From: Candidatus Campbellbacteria bacterium
GTDB taxonomy: Bacteria > Patescibacteriota > Minisyncoccia > Phycocordibacterales > EsbW-18
Direction of reading: 5' to 3'
Assembly (NCBI GenBank): GCA_016699465.1
Contig: CP064977.1
Span: 269,668-333,667, forward strand
Length of the DNA stretch: 64,000 bases
Part shown: piece by piece, positions 9,491-19,425 of the stretch
Layout: each line of letters opens with the position of its first letter
Numbering within the stretch: position 1 is the stretch's first letter
Position numbers and translations under genes: made by a program
The notes under the pieces: model-generated
Told to the model about the DNA's origin: nothing
Databases searched by the model: none
What the model saw: the letters and a program-made list of their open reading frames with translations, nothing else

Positions 9491-9496
9491 TTTCAA

Positions 9497-10384
9497 TTAC
9501 CGAGGGCGCAATTCGGGGACACTTTCATGTACGACAGGAGCTTCTATCTCGCCTTCTTTTTCTTTATAAAAAATCTTGTTACCAAATCGAAGATCAATAT
9601 ACTCAATTCGTCCGAGATCGGCGACTTTTTTAAAATCTTCTGACTCAATAACCGTCTGTATGTTAGTGAGCACCTCATCATAGCGTGCGTTTCGTTGCAC
9701 TAACAAATGTACCACCCCTCGCTGTGGTGTCATCACAGTGAGATTCATTTCATCCCCGAGAGTACGAATACGCGTTACACGCATAGAAAGTTTTCCAAGA
9801 GCTGTGATGAATGAGGCACGTCGTGTAAATTCCTCTGATGGAAATACATACATACCGAGTGGTTGTGGATCCATCTCAAGCTCATGCACGACATACGATG
9901 AACCCAAAAAACGAGGGGCTTGAATAAAAACAAACCCTGTCGCATCAACCAAATAACATTCTTCCAATACTTCCTGCGCGTTATCTTGTAGTCGACACGC
10001 AACAGCAACACCTTTTCGTTCTTCAATACGAATGCGAAGCGTGTGCATACCTTCTACATCAACAAATACTTTTTTTATACTTGGAAATGTTGTGCGTAAT
10101 TTTTTTTGTATGTCTGTTCGTGGATACAAAAAGACATTTCGTTTTGAAAAAAGATGTCCATATGAACCCACAAGCTCTGCACGTACCTGCGCAAACACCT
10201 CTGCACGTGACACAGTTTCCTCTCCTTCAATCATCACAGTATTAATACGTATAAACGGTGCATACGAAAGTTGCCACACAAAAAGAAAAACTGCTACCGC
10301 AAGAGCACTATATACAATAGAAAACACCACGAAACGTTTGCGTCTCTGTTGGCGAACACGCTCTGATGTAAACCTACGGAACAT
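9497..10384 (-). CDS. ftsQ: Cell-division protein FtsQ/DivIB-like (single TM + POTRA)
   Basis: N-terminal TM segment and POTRA-like region. Lies next to serS. Confidence 0.6.
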   Translation of the reverse strand: MFRRFTSERVRQQRRKRFVVFSIVYSALAVAVFLFVWQLSYAPFIRINTVMIEGEETVSRAEVFAQVRAELVGSYGHLFSKRNVFLYPRTDIQKKLRTTFPSIKKVFVDVEGMHTLRIRIEERKGVAVACRLQDNAQEVLEECYLVDATGFVFIQAPRFLGSSYVVHELEMDPQPLGMYVFPSEEFTRRASFITALGKLSMRVTRIRTLGDEMNLTVMTPQRGVVHLLVQRNARYDEVLTNIQTVIESEDFKKVADLGRIEYIDLRFGNKIFYKEKEGEIEAPVVHESVPELRPR

Positions 10385-10387
10385 AGA

Positions 10388-11656
10388 CTACGCTTTGGAG
10401 ATTTTCTCCTTTCCGTTCATGTACGGTCGGAGCACCTCAGGAATAGTGATGGAACCATCAGCATTTTGGTAGTTCTCAACAATCATAATAAGAGGACGTC
10501 CAGAAAGTGCTGTGTTATTCAACGAGTGTACGAACTTTAACTTCCCATCATCATCTTTATAGCGAATATTCAGACGGCGTGTCTGGAAATCATGAAAATA
10601 AGAAGCAGACCCTGTTTCTCGGTACGTATTCTCTGAAGGCAACCACACCTCGATGTCATATTTCTTAACCTGACCAAGGCCCAGGTCACCACTGCAGTTC
10701 ACCACCACACGGTAATGAAGGCCGAGCGCTTCTGTAAGCTCTTCCGTATTACGTTGAATCTCTTCGTGATATTTTACTGATTCAGTATGCGATGCTTCAC
10801 AAAGTATTACTTGCTCATATTTATAAAACTCATGCACTCGAAGAATACCTCGCGTATCTTTTCCATGACTTCCCGCCTCTCGACGAAACGCATCTGAGAA
10901 CGAAAGAATCTTCATGGGCAAATTTTTCTTTTCCATTATGTCGTTCATGTGGTATCCCATTGTTGCCACCTCAGCAGTACCAGCAAGATATTCACCATCC
11001 TGTGTCTTATATAAATCTTCTTCACCTTGTGGTAAATATCCCGTACCCAAAAAAACTTCTTGACGAACAAGTGATGGGACAATCATCGGAATAAAATCGC
11101 CTTTCGCACGAAAGAAATCGTCCACAAACCGCCAGAGTGCGAATTGAAGTTCCGCACCTGCACCTTTAAGAAAATATCCTCGAAATCCGGCAACTTTTGC
11201 CCCTCGCTCAAGATCAAGCATATCAAGCGAAGTGAGTAGCTCAATGTGATCTTTGGGAACAAAATCAAATTGTGGTTTTTTGCCCCACGCACGAATTTCC
11301 TGATTCTCAGCATCAGTGTTTCCTTCTGGAACAGACACATCGGGAACATTAGGAACCTGCAACATGAGGGATCGCCATTGTTCTATAACTGTTTTTATTT
11401 CTTCTTCTTTTTTCTGCAGCGTCTCTTTGAGTACCTTCATACCATTAATGAGCTCAGCACGCTCATCCTCTGATGCGTTCGGTATTTTTTCGCTCACCAC
11501 ATTTTGTTGTGCGCGCATATCGTCAATCTCTTTTGTGAGAGAACGTCGGGAATCATCTACGGCGAGAAGTTGCTCAATATCTACATTTACCCGTTTCTTT
11601 TTTGCCCCTGCAATAACGACGTCTTTATTTTCCCTAATGAAATTGATATCTAACAT
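10388..11656 (-). CDS. serS: Seryl-tRNA synthetase
   Basis: N-terminal coiled coil and class II motifs, 422 aa. Confidence 0.95.
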   Translation of the reverse strand: MLDINFIRENKDVVIAGAKKKRVNVDIEQLLAVDDSRRSLTKEIDDMRAQQNVVSEKIPNASEDERAELINGMKVLKETLQKKEEEIKTVIEQWRSLMLQVPNVPDVSVPEGNTDAENQEIRAWGKKPQFDFVPKDHIELLTSLDMLDLERGAKVAGFRGYFLKGAGAELQFALWRFVDDFFRAKGDFIPMIVPSLVRQEVFLGTGYLPQGEEDLYKTQDGEYLAGTAEVATMGYHMNDIMEKKNLPMKILSFSDAFRREAGSHGKDTRGILRVHEFYKYEQVILCEASHTESVKYHEEIQRNTEELTEALGLHYRVVVNCSGDLGLGQVKKYDIEVWLPSENTYRETGSASYFHDFQTRRLNIRYKDDDGKLKFVHSLNNTALSGRPLIMIVENYQNADGSITIPEVLRPYMNGKEKISKA

Positions 11657-11713
11657 ATATATAGAAGCTACTTGGTTAGTTGTTCATATCCTATCACAAT
11701 TTAGGTTTATTTT

Positions 11714-12616
11714 ATGCCCATCTGGTATGGTCACGCCATGCACGAGCCCGCCACAGAATACCTGCCCACAGAAATACGCAAAAGAACATTCCCTGGATTA
11801 CTCCGAGAAATGGCCGACCCACCACGTACTCTTTTTATACGTGGTTCACTTCCCTCGCCAGAATATAGACTCCTCTGCGTTGTTGGCTCGCGAAAGTACT
11901 ACTCATACAGTCAAACGGTGTGTCAAAATCTTATATCTTCCCTCGCAGGATATCCAATAGCTATTGTGTCCGGACTTGCACTTGGTATTGATAGTGTCGC
12001 ACACGAAGAAGCACTCACTGCTGGACTACCCACAATTGCACTGCCGGGTTCTGGAATAGATGATTCTGTACTCTATCCACGAATGCATGTTGGACTCGCG
12101 CAGCGTATTTTAAAAGCTGGTGGTGCACTTATTTCAGAACTTCCTCCAAAAGAACGCGCGACGGTGTGGAGTTTTCCGCGACGAAATAGACTCATGGCCG
12201 GCATGTGCCACGCCACACTTATTATTGAAGCGCACGAAAAATCAGGAACTCTCATCACCGCACGTCTCGCCATGGAATATAACCGAGACGTGCTCATCGT
12301 TCCTGGACCAATTACCTCACCACACCACGCTGGATCAAACGCACTTCTCCGAGAAGGTGCACAAGCCGTAACGTGTGCTGAAGATATCTTACAGGCACTT
12401 GGCATCCCACCACATACTGGAGTAAGTAAAAAAACATTTGATGATGTACTTCCTGATGAACACGTGGTACTCCAGTATCTCACCGAACCGCGAACAATCG
12501 ACGAAATTGCACACACAACACATACACCAATCGCACACATCAACGTCATCATTTCCACTCTCGAAATCAAAGGATATATCACTACACGACTTGGCAAAAT
12601 CGAACGAACAGTATAA
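11714..12616 (+). CDS. dprA: DNA-processing protein DprA/Smf
   Basis: Rossmann DprA motifs (IVSGLALGIDSVAHEEAL, GSGID). Lies upstream of topA. Confidence 0.9.
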   Translation: MPIWYGHAMHEPATEYLPTEIRKRTFPGLLREMADPPRTLFIRGSLPSPEYRLLCVVGSRKYYSYSQTVCQNLISSLAGYPIAIVSGLALGIDSVAHEEALTAGLPTIALPGSGIDDSVLYPRMHVGLAQRILKAGGALISELPPKERATVWSFPRRNRLMAGMCHATLIIEAHEKSGTLITARLAMEYNRDVLIVPGPITSPHHAGSNALLREGAQAVTCAEDILQALGIPPHTGVSKKTFDDVLPDEHVVLQYLTEPRTIDEIAHTTHTPIAHINVIISTLEIKGYITTRLGKIERTV

Positions 12617-12671
12617 AGTCGTACACATTTACGATGTATGCACATTTGCTTTTATATCGTATCTGTAGTAT

Positions 12672-14888
12672 TTGTTGCACATATATATGAAACTCGTCAT
12701 TGTTGAATCACCCGCGAAAGCCAAAACAATTGAAAAGTATCTCGGCGCCGGATACACCGTGAAAGCGAGTGTTGGACACGTGCGTGATTTACCAAAGAGC
12801 AACAAGAACGCCATCGATATCGAAGGAGGATTTATTCCTCACTATCAAATTGTGCCTGAGAAAAGAGAAATTATTGCCGATCTTAAAGCCGCAGTGGCAA
12901 AAGCAGATGAAGTACTTCTTGCAACTGACCCCGACCGTGAAGGAGAAGCCATTGCGTGGCACTTGACGCAAGCACTTGGTTTAGAAAATAAAAAAACAAA
13001 AACACCCAACCAAAAAGTAAAAAGAATTGCGTTTCATGAAATTACAAAAGACGCCATTTTAGACGCCGTCGCACACCCTCGAGATATCGACAACCACCTT
13101 CGCGAGGCGCAAGAAGCACGACGTGTTTTAGATCGACTCGTGGGATACGACCTCTCAGGACTTATTTGGAAAAAAGTTCGTTACGGACTTTCCGCCGGAC
13201 GCGTACAATCCCCCGCACTTCGCATCATTATGGAACGCGAGCGCGACATTCGCGCATTCATTCCAGAAGAGTACTGGGTTATTACCGCTGACGTAGAAAC
13301 AGAAAAAAAAGAAAAACTCACACTCACCTGCGAAGAAGAACCGCGAGATCAAAAAAGAACAGACGCCATTGTAGAAAAAGCTCAAAACGGTACGTGGCAC
13401 GTTGCGTCCGTAAAAGAAACAGAAACCCAACGTCAACCACGCGCACCATTTACCACCTCAACGATACAACAATCAGCAAGCACACGACTTGGATTCTCCC
13501 CTTCGCGTACCATGCGCGCCGCACAAAAACTGTATGAAAAAGGTTTTATTACCTACATGCGAACCGACAGTACACATCTTGCAGCACAAGCACAACAACA
13601 ACTTCTTGCGGTTATTACAAAAGAATTTGGAAAAGAATACGCTCGTGCAACATCATACGCAAGTAAAAGTAAAAATGCACAAGAAGCCCATGAGGCGATT
13701 CGCCCCACAAACGCAGAAGTGCGAACCGCAGGCTCAGATGATGACGAACGACGCTTGTATGATCTTATTTGGGCACGAGCGGTCAGTAGTCAAATGACAC
13801 CTGCAAAATTGATGCAAACAAAAATAACAGCGACCGTTGGTGACACAGAAGTACCACCATTTTCTGCAACAGGTTCTCGAGTACTCTTCCCTGGGTGGCT
13901 TCTTGCAGATCCTGCGTCTCGCGGGGAAGATGTTGAAATGCCAGATGTAGCTGAGAAAGATCCACTCACACTTCGTAAGGTTCTTGCGCTTGCAAAACAA
14001 ACACAACCACCCTCACGCTACTCAGAAGCTGGTCTCATTAAAGAACTTGAAAAACGTGGCATTGGACGACCGTCGACGTATGCATCTATTATCAAAACAC
14101 TTGATGACCGTGGATATGTCACTCGCGAAAACAGAACGCTCACTCCCACTGATACCGGTGATGTTGTAAGTTCATTTCTAGAAAAACATTTTGCATCATA
14201 CATCAGCGATTCGTTCACATCAGAAATGGAGGACGAGCTCGATGATATTGCTCTCGGAAAACGCGAGTACGAAAAAACACTCCGTACGTTCTACACCCCT
14301 TTTGCACAAGAGGTCGCTAAAAAAACAAAAGAGGCAGAAAAAATCACCAACATGGGAGATGCTCCAAAAGAATTCGTGTGTCCAAAGTGTGGAAGTACTA
14401 TGGTTATGAAACTAGCACGCAATGGTACCTTTATGAGCTGCTCACGTTTTCCAGAATGTGATGGTGCACGTGGCGCAGATGGAAAAGAAGTAACCGACCC
14501 AGAAGAAATTGGATTTCACCCCGAAACACAGGATCCTATTTTTGTACTCGATGGACCGTATGGACCATACGTACAACTCGGACTCAAGACACCAAAAAAT
14601 AAAAAACCTCGTCGTTCGAGTATCCCAAAAGAAAAAGATCCTGCCACTGTCACCCTTGCGGATGCACTCACATATCTTAGCTTGCCACGAACTCTGGGAA
14701 TACACCCTGAAACAAAGAAAGACATCGTTGCAAATATTGGACGCTTTGGTCCGTACATTGGACACGACGGTGATTTTCGTTCTCTCAAAACAGACGATGT
14801 TTACACAATTACCCTCGAACGTGCCCTCGATATTCTGAAAGAACCAAAGAAATTTAGAGGCAAACGACGCTTTACAAAGAAAAAATAA
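12672..14888 (+). CDS. topA: DNA topoisomerase I
   Basis: TOPRIM start MKLVIVESPAKAKTIEKYLG, C-terminal zinc ribbon CPKCGS, 738 aa. Confidence 0.95.
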   Translation: MLHIYMKLVIVESPAKAKTIEKYLGAGYTVKASVGHVRDLPKSNKNAIDIEGGFIPHYQIVPEKREIIADLKAAVAKADEVLLATDPDREGEAIAWHLTQALGLENKKTKTPNQKVKRIAFHEITKDAILDAVAHPRDIDNHLREAQEARRVLDRLVGYDLSGLIWKKVRYGLSAGRVQSPALRIIMERERDIRAFIPEEYWVITADVETEKKEKLTLTCEEEPRDQKRTDAIVEKAQNGTWHVASVKETETQRQPRAPFTTSTIQQSASTRLGFSPSRTMRAAQKLYEKGFITYMRTDSTHLAAQAQQQLLAVITKEFGKEYARATSYASKSKNAQEAHEAIRPTNAEVRTAGSDDDERRLYDLIWARAVSSQMTPAKLMQTKITATVGDTEVPPFSATGSRVLFPGWLLADPASRGEDVEMPDVAEKDPLTLRKVLALAKQTQPPSRYSEAGLIKELEKRGIGRPSTYASIIKTLDDRGYVTRENRTLTPTDTGDVVSSFLEKHFASYISDSFTSEMEDELDDIALGKREYEKTLRTFYTPFAQEVAKKTKEAEKITNMGDAPKEFVCPKCGSTMVMKLARNGTFMSCSRFPECDGARGADGKEVTDPEEIGFHPETQDPIFVLDGPYGPYVQLGLKTPKNKKPRRSSIPKEKDPATVTLADALTYLSLPRTLGIHPETKKDIVANIGRFGPYIGHDGDFRSLKTDDVYTITLERALDILKEPKKFRGKRRFTKKK

Positions 14889-14961
14889 CCACTGCTTCTT
14901 TACGTGCAAAAGAGTATACTGTATACATGTGTAGGTTTTTGAGCATACCTACACGCACTCT

Positions 14962-16464
14962 ATGAAATCACTCACTGCTCAACACATCATTTCAGCATCA
15001 CACAGTCCATTTACCGATACAGAAAAACGGGCTATTGAAGATGCATTTGTTTTTTCCGAAAAAGCACACACGAACCAAAAACGAGAATCAGGAGAGCCCT
15101 ATTTTACACACCTTGTCGAAACAGCTCGTCACCTCGCACGAATTGGAGCAGACGCAACAACTATTACTGCCGGACTATTGCACGACAGTGTTGAAGACGT
15201 TGAGCATATTACTATTCAGGAAATTAGAGATCGTTTTGGAGATGAAGTTGCTTTTCTTGTTGACGGTGTAACAAAACTTGGAAAACTAAAATACCGCGGA
15301 TTAAAACGTCACGTTGAAACTCTTCGTAAACTTTTTCTTGCAACCGCACGTGATCCTCGTGTTATCTTAATCAAGCTCGCCGATCGCTTGCACAATCTAG
15401 AAACAATCTCTTCACTCCCACGAGAAAAACAACAACGCATTGCAATGGAAACGCTCGAGATTTACGCACCAATTGCCCACCGACTTGGTATTGGAAACCT
15501 TAAAGGCGAACTCGAAGACGTTGCATTTAAAACTGCGTATCCAAAAGAATACGAACACACACGTGCACTTCGTGAAGAAAAAAGCAAAGAAAATCTTGGA
15601 CAACTCAAAAAACTCGCTCATGAACTTCGCACTATTCTCATTCATGCACACATACCAGTACTTGTAATGGATTACCGCGTCAAACACATATACAGTCTTC
15701 ATAAAAAACTACAAGAAAAAGATATGAACATTGATCGTGTGTACGACATCGAGGCACTTCGCATCATTGTTACCACAATCGAAGAATGCTACCTCGCTCT
15801 CGGTCTTATTCACAGTAAGTGGAAACCTCTCCCTGGTCGCATCAAAGACTACATTGCAATGCCAAAACGAAATGGGTATCAAAGTCTACATACAACTGTG
15901 TTTACAGGAAATGGCGCCATTGTTGAAATTCAAATTAGAACTAAAGAAATGCACGATATCGCGGAGTACGGTATCGCATCTCATGTTGGATACAAAGAAA
16001 AAGCGCCTGGGCAAAAACAAGAGTCGAGCGCATCGTGGGTTGAAAAATTATTTGGAAGAAACAATCCTGAGCAAAGTGGTGTAAGTCCAATGACACAATG
16101 GATTCATGAGCTCACCGAAACTCAACATACGGTAGAACACTCTCTTTCATTCATTAAAAATCTTCGTACGGATTTTTTTAATGACCGTATTTTTGTCTTT
16201 ACCCCAAACGGTGAGGTGGTTGACCTCCCCGTTGATGCAACGCCCATTGATTTTGCGTACTCTATTCACACCGACCTTGGTGATCACGCATCAGGCGCTC
16301 GTGTCAATGGAAAATTCGTTGCCCTATCAACGAAACTAAATCATGGAGACGTTGTGTTCGTTGAAACAAAAGACAACAGCAAACCATCACACAAATGGCT
16401 CACCTGGGCAAAAACAGGATTTGCAAAGAAAAATATTCGGGCAGCGCTCGAAAAAAAGGACTAG
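14962..16464 (+). CDS. rel: Short RelA/SpoT-family (p)ppGpp synthetase/hydrolase (HD + synthetase + TGS, no ACT/CC)
   Basis: HD motif HDSVEDV, synthetase domain RIKDYIAMPKRNGYQSLHT, TGS FVFTPNGEVVDLP. Only 500 aa. Confidence 0.85.
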   Translation: MKSLTAQHIISASHSPFTDTEKRAIEDAFVFSEKAHTNQKRESGEPYFTHLVETARHLARIGADATTITAGLLHDSVEDVEHITIQEIRDRFGDEVAFLVDGVTKLGKLKYRGLKRHVETLRKLFLATARDPRVILIKLADRLHNLETISSLPREKQQRIAMETLEIYAPIAHRLGIGNLKGELEDVAFKTAYPKEYEHTRALREEKSKENLGQLKKLAHELRTILIHAHIPVLVMDYRVKHIYSLHKKLQEKDMNIDRVYDIEALRIIVTTIEECYLALGLIHSKWKPLPGRIKDYIAMPKRNGYQSLHTTVFTGNGAIVEIQIRTKEMHDIAEYGIASHVGYKEKAPGQKQESSASWVEKLFGRNNPEQSGVSPMTQWIHELTETQHTVEHSLSFIKNLRTDFFNDRIFVFTPNGEVVDLPVDATPIDFAYSIHTDLGDHASGARVNGKFVALSTKLNHGDVVFVETKDNSKPSHKWLTWAKTGFAKKNIRAALEKKD

Positions 16465-17444
16465 AGTGAAAAATTTGTCACTGAGTATAAATCGTCATCT
16501 TCTTTTTTAGGAACCTCCTCTGAGACGGGGGCACTTGGGACTACTTCTGCAGAACCAGCTACAGGTACATCCACTTGCTCAACGGATACCACCACATCAA
16601 CAGGTTGCTCGTGACGCACCTCTTCGTTATTGAGGACCGCAAGAATCTTTCGTAAATCTTCTTCAGAAACAAAGTCGATGAAGATTCTTCCACCAACTTC
16701 TTTTGGCTCTACTCGAACACGCGTTCCGAGTCGCTCTGAGGCACGTGTTTCAAGCTCAACAATATCTGGATCATACAAACGGTCGTGTCGTCGGACTTTT
16801 TCAACTGCAATACGGCGAGAAATTTGTTCTGCATCACGAACGGTGAGTTTTTTAAAAATAATTTCTTTAAAAAGTACCGTTTGCTCTTCGGGTCTATCAA
16901 TTAACATGAGAAGTGGTCGTGTATGCCCCTCATTAATTTTCCCTTCTGAAAGTGCTTGTTGCATTTCTTCTGACAACAGAAGAAGTCGAATAGTGTTTGA
17001 AACGTACTCACGACTTCGTCCAACTTTACGTGCAATATCTCCATGCTTCAAACCAAACTGTTCAGCTAATTGGGCGAATGCACGCGCTCGTTCGATAGGG
17101 TTGATATCTTCTCGTTGTAAGTTTTCAATAATAGCGAGCTCAAGCTTCATTTGCTCGCTCTCCTCATCGTCTCGAATAATAACAGGGACAAGAGAAACTC
17201 CTGCCATTTTTGAGGCGCGTAGTCGTCGCTCTCCCGCAATCAATTCGTACTGAACAGAAAGACCTCCATCTTCTCGTTGTTGCTCTCGACGAGTCACCAC
17301 AAGCGGCTGCAACACGCCGTACTGACGAATAGAGTCAGATAAATCTTTAAGCTTTTGCTCGTCAAAAAAACGTCTAGGCTGAAATGGGTTCGGAACAATC
17401 TTTTCTACTTCAACCCAAAAAATTGCGTTATTGTGGAAACTCAT
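16461..17444 (-). CDS. parB: ParB/Spo0J partition protein with acidic C-terminal extension
   Basis: YELIAGERRLRA ParB box, HTH, 327 aa. Confidence 0.9.
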   Translation of the reverse strand: MSFHNNAIFWVEVEKIVPNPFQPRRFFDEQKLKDLSDSIRQYGVLQPLVVTRREQQREDGGLSVQYELIAGERRLRASKMAGVSLVPVIIRDDEESEQMKLELAIIENLQREDINPIERARAFAQLAEQFGLKHGDIARKVGRSREYVSNTIRLLLLSEEMQQALSEGKINEGHTRPLLMLIDRPEEQTVLFKEIIFKKLTVRDAEQISRRIAVEKVRRHDRLYDPDIVELETRASERLGTRVRVEPKEVGGRIFIDFVSEEDLRKILAVLNNEEVRHEQPVDVVVSVEQVDVPVAGSAEVVPSAPVSEEVPKKEDDDLYSVTNFSL

Positions 17445-17535
17445 AGTAAATAAAATTTTGAATGTGGTATACAGAATGCTGGGAGACAGATACAGTTTAG
17501 CAAAAAAACTGATACTTTGGTAGAATCAGCCTATT

Positions 17536-17606
17536 GCCGGAGTGGAATTAAAATGAACTGCTTCATTTTGAATCCAAACGAAGTGCGATAGGCCGCCACT
17601 CCAGCA
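17536..17606. other. Degenerate tRNA-like element sharing the 5' 11 nt of tRNA-Leu (TGCCGGAGTGG)
   Basis: The terminal arms GCCGGAG / CTCCAGC pair with one mismatch. The interior does not fold into a clean cloverleaf. Confidence 0.3.
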
Positions 17607-17655
17607 TGGTTCAATTGCTCGCAAGCGACAAAAATACGGAGTATATTTGAGAAAT

Positions 17656-17739
17656 GCCGGAGTGGCGGAATGGTATACGCGCACGACTCAAAATCGTGTC
17701 TCGCAAGGGGTGAGGGTTCGAGTCCCTCCTCCGGCACCA
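17656..17739 (+). tRNA. tRNA-Leu (anticodon CAA), long variable arm, CCA encoded
   Basis: Acceptor GCCGGAG/CTCCGGC, anticodon loop CUCAAAA, T-arm GGGTTCGAGTCCC, terminal ACCA. Confidence 0.85.
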
Positions 17740-17749
17740 AAAACAGAAC

Positions 17750-18169
17750 ATGAAAAGTATCCTAGAAAACTTTGGCCTAAATTCCTATTCCTGGCGATAT
17801 GTACTCAACGGGTGGTGTTTATTGCTATTTGGTGTCATTATTTGGGACTTTATAACGAGCAATGGAATTCCCAACATTGTTGAACCAGTCAGTGTTATTT
17901 ACACTGCCATACTTGCAATTTATAGCACCGAAAAAGAATTTGAACGCTGGCACGACCAACTTTCAGGAAGACATATGGGAGAAGTGTACGTCATCGTATG
18001 GACTATCCTACTTTTGGGGCTTTTTATTGTTGGAATGGTTTTTCGGTACACTTACATAATGCCCACTGAAGTCATCGCGACCTATATCGCGGTTATCAGT
18101 ATTCTTGCAATAACAAAAAAATCAAAAGGATTTTATCTCAAGAAAAAGAAAGTGACCTACCTGAAATAG
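17750..18169 (+). CDS. Hypothetical small integral membrane protein (3-4 TM)
   Basis: Hydrophobic segments. No recognisable family. Confidence 0.45.
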   Translation: MKSILENFGLNSYSWRYVLNGWCLLLFGVIIWDFITSNGIPNIVEPVSVIYTAILAIYSTEKEFERWHDQLSGRHMGEVYVIVWTILLLGLFIVGMVFRYTYIMPTEVIATYIAVISILAITKKSKGFYLKKKKVTYLK

Positions 18170-18172
18170 TAC

Positions 18173-19063
18173 ATGAAGCAAAAACTCATCGTTATTCTCG
18201 GCCCAACAGCTACCGGAAAAAGTGACTGTGCTGTTACTATTGCAAAAAAATACAATGGAGAAATTGTGTCTGCAGATTCACGACAAGTATATACCGGACT
18301 CAATCTTGGAACCGGAAAAGTAACAAAAAAAGAAATGGGGGGTATTCCCCACCATCTTCTTAATGTTCTGTCTCCAAAACACCAATACACAGTCGCCGAT
18401 TTCGTCCGTGATACCCACAATGCGTTTGTACCGATATATCGGTACAAACGCATACCAATTCTTGTCGGTGGTACCGGTCAGTACATCGATACTGTCGTAT
18501 ATGGACTCCAAGTCCCCGAAGTACCTCCAAACAAGAAACTACGCACTCGCTTAGAAAAATTTTCCACAGAAAAACTCTTTTCTATTTTAGAAAAAAAAGA
18601 TTCTGCCCGTGCAAAAACTATTGATACACACAACAAACGACGACTTATTCGCGCACTCGAAATCGTCGATGCGTTGGGCAAAGTTCCAAGAACAAAAAAG
18701 AAAAATTTGTATTCCCCACTTTTTATTGGTCTCAATCTCCCTAAAGAAAAATTACAGGACAATATCCACAAGCGACTTATCAAACGCCTACGATTAGGTC
18801 TCATTGCAGAAGTGCAAAACCTTCACAAACAAGGGCTTTCATGGAAACGAATGGAGGAACTAGGACTCGAGTATCGGTACGTTTCTCGATATCTACAAAA
18901 GAAACTTACAAAGCAAGAAATGTTAGTCCAACTTGAGCACGCGATTATCCAATATGCAAAGAGACAAATAACATGGTTCAAACGAAATGAAGATATCATG
19001 TGGTTTAAACCAACGGATACTAAAAAAATCCTCAAAACCGTGGAGCATTTTCTGGCTTCCTAA
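18173..19063 (+). CDS. miaA: tRNA dimethylallyltransferase
   Basis: P-loop GPTATGKS start and a DSRQVY-type motif, 296 aa. Confidence 0.9.
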   Translation: MKQKLIVILGPTATGKSDCAVTIAKKYNGEIVSADSRQVYTGLNLGTGKVTKKEMGGIPHHLLNVLSPKHQYTVADFVRDTHNAFVPIYRYKRIPILVGGTGQYIDTVVYGLQVPEVPPNKKLRTRLEKFSTEKLFSILEKKDSARAKTIDTHNKRRLIRALEIVDALGKVPRTKKKNLYSPLFIGLNLPKEKLQDNIHKRLIKRLRLGLIAEVQNLHKQGLSWKRMEELGLEYRYVSRYLQKKLTKQEMLVQLEHAIIQYAKRQITWFKRNEDIMWFKPTDTKKILKTVEHFLAS

Positions 19064-19178
19064 CTTCATGCTATAAATAGCTTCGAGAGGGCTCGCAGAG
19101 TGTCTAGGTGCGCATAATTGTTCCAGATTTACACAAAGACGAAGTAATTGTATTGTACATCGCAATCCCAAATAAAGC

Positions 19179-19263
19179 GGAGGGTTCGCATAGTGGTCTA
19201 GTGCGCACGCTTGGAAAGCGTGTGTGCCGCAAGGCACCATGAGTTCGAATCTCATACCCTCCG
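19179..19263 (+). tRNA. tRNA-Ser (anticodon GGA), long variable arm
   Basis: Acceptor GGAGGGU/ACCCUCC, 3-bp D stem, anticodon loop UUGGAAA, V-arm GUGCC-GCAA-GGCAC, T-arm AUGAG-UUCGAAU-CUCAU, discriminator G. Confidence 0.85.
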
Positions 19264-19284
19264 CTTTGTGTAGGAGAAAGTGTG

Positions 19285-19326
19285 TGTAGGTCACACCACC
19301 ATGAGTTCACATCTCTCCGTCTTCAC
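19285..19326 (+). other. Degenerate duplicate of the 3' half of tRNA-Ser (V-arm/T-arm/acceptor remnant)
   Basis: caccaccATGAGTTCacATCTCtcCgtc compared with the intact ggcaccATGAGTTCgaATCTCatacCctc. The T-stem pairing is destroyed. Confidence 0.45.
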
Positions 19327-19425
19327 ATTAAGAACCTGATAGTAACACAAACCCGGGTGCGCAAATTATGGAACTTCCTGATACCCTAAAAAATCTATAT
19401 CGTCATTGGAATTTTCATACAAGTA

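Noticed and set aside
8627-9496. RNase P RNA, tmRNA or SRP RNA in the GC-rich segment
   Set aside because: I could not find the conserved P4 (GGAAAGUCCGG), tmRNA tag-peptide/T-arm or SRP domain IV motifs by eye. The question is left open for cmscan.
11316-11960. 214-aa + strand ORF
   Set aside because: It overlaps serS in antisense and the dprA start. The composition is low complexity.
16630-17253. 207-aa + strand ORF
   Set aside because: It is antisense to parB and has a Ser/Arg-rich composition typical of an out-of-frame artefact.
17531-17740. 69-aa minus-strand ORF (VPEEGLEPS...)
   Set aside because: It is the reverse complement of tRNA-Leu and the tRNA-like remnant, a typical anti-tRNA artefact.
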